Positions 59,601 through 64,000 of a DNA stretch of 64,000 nt are shown here, piece by piece. This stretch comes from Macrostomum lignano. Its lineage: Eukaryota. The translations under genes were made by a program, and so were the position numbers. Location: the NCBI GenBank assembly GCA_002269645.1, contig NIVC01003223.1, forward strand, positions 21,555 through 85,554. Reading direction: 5' to 3'. Position 1 is the stretch's first letter, and every line of letters starts with the position of its first letter. A model generated the notes under the pieces. It had not been told where the DNA came from, made no database searches, and saw only the letters and a list, made by a program, of their open reading frames with translations.

Positions 59601-61544
59601 GTGTTTATTAGTGACTATTGCAGGTAGCTTACGTGTGAATAAAAGGGGTGTTTATTAGTGACTTTTGCAGGTAGTTTACGTGTGAATAAAAGGGGTGTTT
59701 ATTAGTGACTATTGCAGGTAGCTTACGTGTGAATAAAAGGGGTGTTTATTAGTGACTTTTGCAGGTAGTTTACGTGTGAATAAAAGGGGTGTTTATTAGT
59801 GACTATTGCAGGTAGCTTATGTGTGAATAAAAGGGGTGTTTATTAGTGACTATTGCAGGTAGCTTACGTGTGAATAAAAGGGTGTTTATTAGTGACTATT
59901 GCAGGTAGCTTACGTGTGAATAAAAGGGGTGTTTATTAGTGACTTTTGCAGGTAGTTTACGTGTGAATAAAAGGGGTGTTTATTAGTGACTATTGCAGGT
60001 AGCTTACGTGTGAATAAAAGGGGTGTTTATTAGTGACTTTTGCAGGTAGTTTACGTGTGAATAAAAGGGGTGTTTATTAGTGACTATTGCAGGTAGTTTA
60101 CGTGTGAATAAAAGGGGTGTTTATTAGTGACTATTGCAGGTAGCTTATGTGTGAATAAAAGGGGTGTTTATTAGTGACTATTGCAGGTAGCTTATGTGTG
60201 AATAAAAGGGGTGTTTATTAGTGACTTTTGCAGGTAGTTTACGTGTGAATAAAAGGGGTGTTTATTAGTGACTATTGCAGGTAGTTTACCTGTGAATAAA
60301 AGGGGTGTTTATTAGTGACTATTGCAGGTAGCTTACGTGTGAATAAAAGGGTGTTTATTAGTGACTATTGCAGGTAGCTTATGTGTGAATAAAAGGGGTG
60401 TTTATTAGTGACTATTGCAGGTAGTTTACGTGTGAATAAAAGGGGTGTTTATTAGTGACTATTGCAGGTAGCTTATGTGTGAATAAAAGGGGTGTTTATT
60501 AGTGACTATTGCAGGTAGCTTATGTGTGAATAAAAGGGGTGTTTATTAGTGACTATTGCAGGTAGTTATTGTGTGAATAAAAGGGGTGTTTATTAGTGAC
60601 TATTGCAGGTAGCTTATGTGTGAATAAAAGGGGTGTTTATTAGTGACTATTGCAGGTAGCTTATGTGTGAATAAAAGGGGTGTTTATTAGGACTATTGCA
60701 GGTAGCTTATGTGTGAATAAAAGGGTGTTTATTAGGGACTATTGCAGGTAGCTTATGTGTGAATAAAAGGGTGTTTATTAGGACTATTGCAGGTAGCTTA
60801 TGTGTGAATAAAAGGGGTGTTTATTAGTGACTATTGCAGGTAGCTTATGTGTGAATAAAAGGGGTGTTTATTAGTGACTATTGCAGGTAGCTTATGTGTG
60901 AATAAAAGGGGTGTTTATTAGGGACTATTGCAGGTAGCTTATGTGTGAATAAAAGGGGTGTTTATTAGGGACTATTGCAGGTAGCTTATGTGTGAATAAA
61001 AGGGGTGTTTATTAGGGACTATTGCAGGTAGCTTATGTGTGAATAAAAGGGGTGTTTATTAGTGACTATTGCAGGTAGTTTATGCATCAATAATAACAGG
61101 GGTGTTTATTAGGAATCATTGCAGGTAGCTATATAAAAATGATAGCAAACTCCATTCATACTACTTACTTAGCGGCTTTGCACTGAGCGTCGCGATTATC
61201 GCCCAACTCTCTATCCAGCGAGATCATATCGCTGGCGTATTGATTAAATGCGTTTCTCTGCCAGCCTTCGTCGTATTTTCTTCGTTCAGTGGAGGACAGC
61301 TTGTTCTTGTCAATGTTGACAGGGCGGCCGCCTTCGCCGTGCTCGTGTCCCGGGTTGGGATAGGCGGCCCACAGCTCTCGAATATGGGCCGGCGGTGCTC
61401 GGCGAACCCGTCTGGTGACAATGTGCTGGCCGAGTTTGAGTCATCTGGATGGAGCTGCGGCTTCTGCTGCTGTGCTTGTTGATGACGATGAGCCTGGAGC
61501 ATGTCCCGGTGGTGCACCCGGTTGAATATGATCTCGTCGCGTAC
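53127..61544 (-). CDS. GALNT: Polypeptide N-acetylgalactosaminyltransferase (GT27 plus ricin lectin), 5' end not found. Exons 61169-~61544, 57305-57506, 55604-56236, 53127-53648
   Basis: [13 protein letters not shown]; [22 protein letters not shown]; EIILVDDAS; FLDSHCEC (DxH); PTMAGGLF; [10 protein letters not shown]; ricin [10 protein letters not shown]. Junction phases are consistent. Confidence 0.9.
53735..54085. repeat. 21-bp minisatellite (GGGATCAGAGTAGGGATC[C/A]AT) in the last GALNT intron
   Basis: Tandem copies. Confidence 0.9.
54545..55525. repeat. 18-21-bp minisatellite (GGCGCCAGCTACAGAGGG) in the last GALNT intron
   Basis: Tandem copies. Confidence 0.92.
55604..56236 (-). CDS. GALNT: GALNT catalytic exon
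   Basis: ctcag|GTT; [21 protein letters not shown]; AAG|GTAGGC. Confidence 0.93.
56315..56500 (+). mobile_element. 5'-truncated tRNA-derived SINE with CORE-like domain
   Basis: B-box GGTTCGATTC 56334-56343, followed by TGTGTCCTTGAGCAACACACTGAACTCTGCATTGCTTCAGTTCACCCAGCTGTAAAATGG, which resembles the MIR/CORE consensus as recalled (not database-checked). Confidence 0.7.
56505..57265. repeat. 32/34-bp minisatellite (GTGATCAGGTGACAATCACACTAATCTAATTA) in a GALNT intron
   Basis: Tandem copies starting at the SINE 3' end. Confidence 0.92.
57305..57506 (-). CDS. GALNT: GALNT GT1 exon (missing from the ORF track)
   Basis: ctgcag|A TAC; [30 protein letters not shown]; AAA|GTAAGG. Confidence 0.9.
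57565..61135. repeat. 47-bp satellite, about 76 copies, in a GALNT intron
   Basis: GTGTGAATAAAAGGGGTGTTTATTAGTGACTATTGCAGGTAGCTTA[C/T]; period 47 (57601 to 57648). Confidence 0.96.
61169..61544 (-). CDS. GALNT: GALNT stem-region exon (5' boundary/frame uncertain)
   Basis: [29 protein letters not shown]; AA|GTAAGT; an in-frame TGA at 61441-61443 lies upstream of the conserved part. Confidence 0.65.
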
Positions 61545-61624
61545 CTGGCAGGGGATACCAAGTGATTAATTATATATGTATACATTATAATCCTGATAGT
61601 ACTTAGTCAAAGTAGTTCAAAGCG

Positions 61625-62470
61625 AAATTTAAAGCGATTTTAAGGCGATTTTGAGCCAACTCAAAGCAATTGTCCAGGCAAAATACAGGTAGTTTTCAAA
61701 GCGATTCTCAAGAAGAACTTTAAGCAATCTTCACGGCGCAATTCGGGCGAATCGATCGAATCGAATCGATTCGGGATTTTCAAGGCAAAATTAAGGCGAT
61801 TCTCAGAGCGAAATTAAGGCGATTCTCAGAGCGAAATTAAGGCGATTCTCAAGGCGAAGTTAGGGCGATCCTCAAGGTGAAATTAAGGTAATTTTCAAGG
61901 CGTAATAAAGAAATCTTAAGAACAAAATTACGAGATTCTCAAGGCGAAGTTAGGGCGATCCTCAAGGTGAAATGAAGGTAATTTTCAAGGCGTAATAAAG
62001 AAATCTTAAGAACAAAATTAGGAGATTCTCAAGGCGAAGTTAGGGCGATCCTCAAGGTGAAATTAAGGTAATTTTCAAGGCGTAATAAAGAAATCTTAAG
62101 AACAAAATTAGGAGATTCTCAAGGCAAAGTTAGGGCGATTCTAAAGGTGAAGTTAAGGCGATTCTAAAGATTAATTTAAAGCGATACTCTGGGTGAATCT
62201 TAGGCGATTCGAAAGGTGAAGTTAAGGCGATTCTAAAAATTAATTTAAAGCGATTCTCTGGTGAATCTTGGGCGATTCTCTGGGTGAATCTTGGGCGATT
62301 CTCTGGGTGAATCTTGGGCGATTCTCTGGGTGAATCTTGGGCGATTCTCTGGGTGAATCTTAGGCGGTTCTCAAGGTGAAGTTAAGGCGATTCTAAAGAT
62401 TAATTTAAAGCGATACTCTGGGTGAATCTTAGGCGATTCTCAAGGTGAAGTTAAGGTGATTCTCAGGATG
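61625..62470. repeat. Composite GGCGATTCT-core array (23-bp units and 90-bp higher-order units)
   Basis: gagattctc at 61932, 62022, 62112; TTGGGCGATTCTCTGGGTGAATC tandem copies. Confidence 0.85.
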
Positions 62471-62639
62471 TAATTAAAGCAATTCCCAAGTAATGTGTTA
62501 AGGATGATGTTCTTCTGGAGGTGTACATACTCCCGGCTACGCATGAGGCGTACATCTGTGTATTCGATTCTCATGGCAATCAAAAAATTCTAGATTTAAA
62601 CATTTTTCGATCAAATAGAGAACGATTTAAGCGCACACG

Positions 62640-63830
62640 ATTTTCAGCTAGTTAGGTCGAAGTGCAGTCCGGAAAAATTGCCAACGAGGAGCGAAGCGAG
62701 CGAAGCGAGCGTAGCTCCTCGTTGGCAATTTTTTCGGACAAACGAGACCGAGATAAGATGTCCCGGAGACTCCCCCAACGTAAAATCAACGTTTTAGAAA
62801 ATAAAATTGATGCAGAGTTAAAACCACTTGAGATGAAACCATGTGTGACCCCTCTATGGACGTAAAACATTTAGGGCTACAAGATGTGTGACGTGAAAGT
62901 TCCATAGCAACGCGTCTTGGTTGCCATGGCAACAAAAAAGTGACTTTTTTTAGACCCGTCCAAATCTTGAATCTCAAAAAATAAGGATTCACAATATGGA
63001 GTCAAAAATTGATTGAACCCAACTTTTGGCGAATTTTCAGACCTTCAAGACACTGATTGGTTATTTTCCGCTAAATGCTTACCTTGATAGGTAATTCTGT
63101 AAAAGTGTGTTTTTTAAGTGTCAAAAAATGCGCATTTTATCAACTTTCAACTGACGCAGCTCAAAGGTCGCGCGTCAGCGCGACCTTTGAGCTCGTCATT
63201 CTAACAATGGCACCTGGGACTCTTACATGACGCACGACTTTAACCAAGATACTCACTTTAACTGTACATTCGCACCTGTTAATTACATTCGAATATTCGA
63301 CGGGTAGGTATTCGAACCGAAATAAAGGAAATTCAACCTTGTTGCGAGACTCTAAAAAGTACATGAATGCGGTCATTTAGGTAAGATCTACATGTTTATA
63401 ATACATTTTGAGCCGTTTCGTTGCACTGACTCTGAGCCATACACTGCTAAAGTCGATAAACGTGATTTAGGCTATTTTTATGTATTTTTCATGATACAAA
63501 TGTACAAAAATAAGAAACGACGACATGCTAGGAAAATCAGACTTTTTAGGCAAGGTGCACAACTAAATTGCGCACAATATGTATATTTTGAATTTCGTCT
63601 TAGTTTATTGAAGTCGCTGCCGTACAGAAATGTACTTTAACGACGGTACGGGGGCTTGCATATCGAACATACTTTTTAGCCTGTAACTTTTGAGCGGATT
63701 ACCGGAGCGCGACGCGCTTGGTGTCATTGAACTACATTTTAGATGTACTTTAATTTGAATGTATGTTCGCTGTCATTGCACGATGCGTTGTACACCTCAG
63801 GTCAGGTCACGTGACTTGCTGGAAATGAAA
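62640..63830. mobile_element. Probable non-autonomous DNA element with long hairpins and X-box palindrome
   Basis: 25-bp stem 62668-62738; 16-bp stem 63158-63193; GTTGCCATGGCAAC 62920-62933; no coding capacity; boundaries uncertain. Confidence 0.35.
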
Positions 63831-64000
63831 TAATGACTTTGTACCTATACTAAGGATAGGTGAAGCGTAAGAATGAACCAAAATTTGTACTTATTAGAAA
63901 CACCTAGATGACTACTGTCAGAAAAAAATGATATTCAGTCTGTCAGTTGCAAAATTTTGTTATAATTGACTTTTAAAAATCGAAAAACGTGATTTTGTGC

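Noticed and set aside
57565-61135. CRISPR array (also considered for the 72-bp, 37-bp and 33-bp repeats)
   Set aside because: No unique spacers, since units are head-to-tail. The context is spliced eukaryotic genes with no cas genes.
61441-61443. Selenocysteine or an alternative genetic code for the GALNT TGA
   Set aside because: TGA terminates PNKP, SLBP and GALNT itself. The position is in a non-catalytic stem and no SECIS was identified.

Overview
Eukaryotic (animal) genomic DNA with GC-rich exons and AT-rich intergenic DNA. The style is consistent with a macrostomid flatworm, but that is inference only. I reconstructed four spliced genes by hand from GT-AG junctions with consistent phases: PNKP (+, 4 exons, 1227-3862), SLBP (-, 2 exons, 6977-8399), a 31-exon LRRK2-type ROCO kinase (-, 12778-50310, about 3159 aa) and a 5'-incomplete polypeptide GalNAc-transferase (-, 53127-61544). 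The most striking structure is that 35 of 38 introns carry their own tandem-repeat array, while the 5' intergenic stretches have none. Several arrays are amplified copies of the splice donor, splice acceptor or stop-codon context itself. The single SLBP intron is made entirely of a CAG|GT-containing repeat. Arrays whose unit is a multiple of 3 keep intact splice-site copies, while frameshifting arrays carry disabled copies. Also present: a tRNA-head CORE-SINE fragment whose tail runs into an array, two MITE-like inverted-repeat elements, and a hairpin-rich element near the window end. Most long ORFs in the supplied track are artefacts of the arrays.
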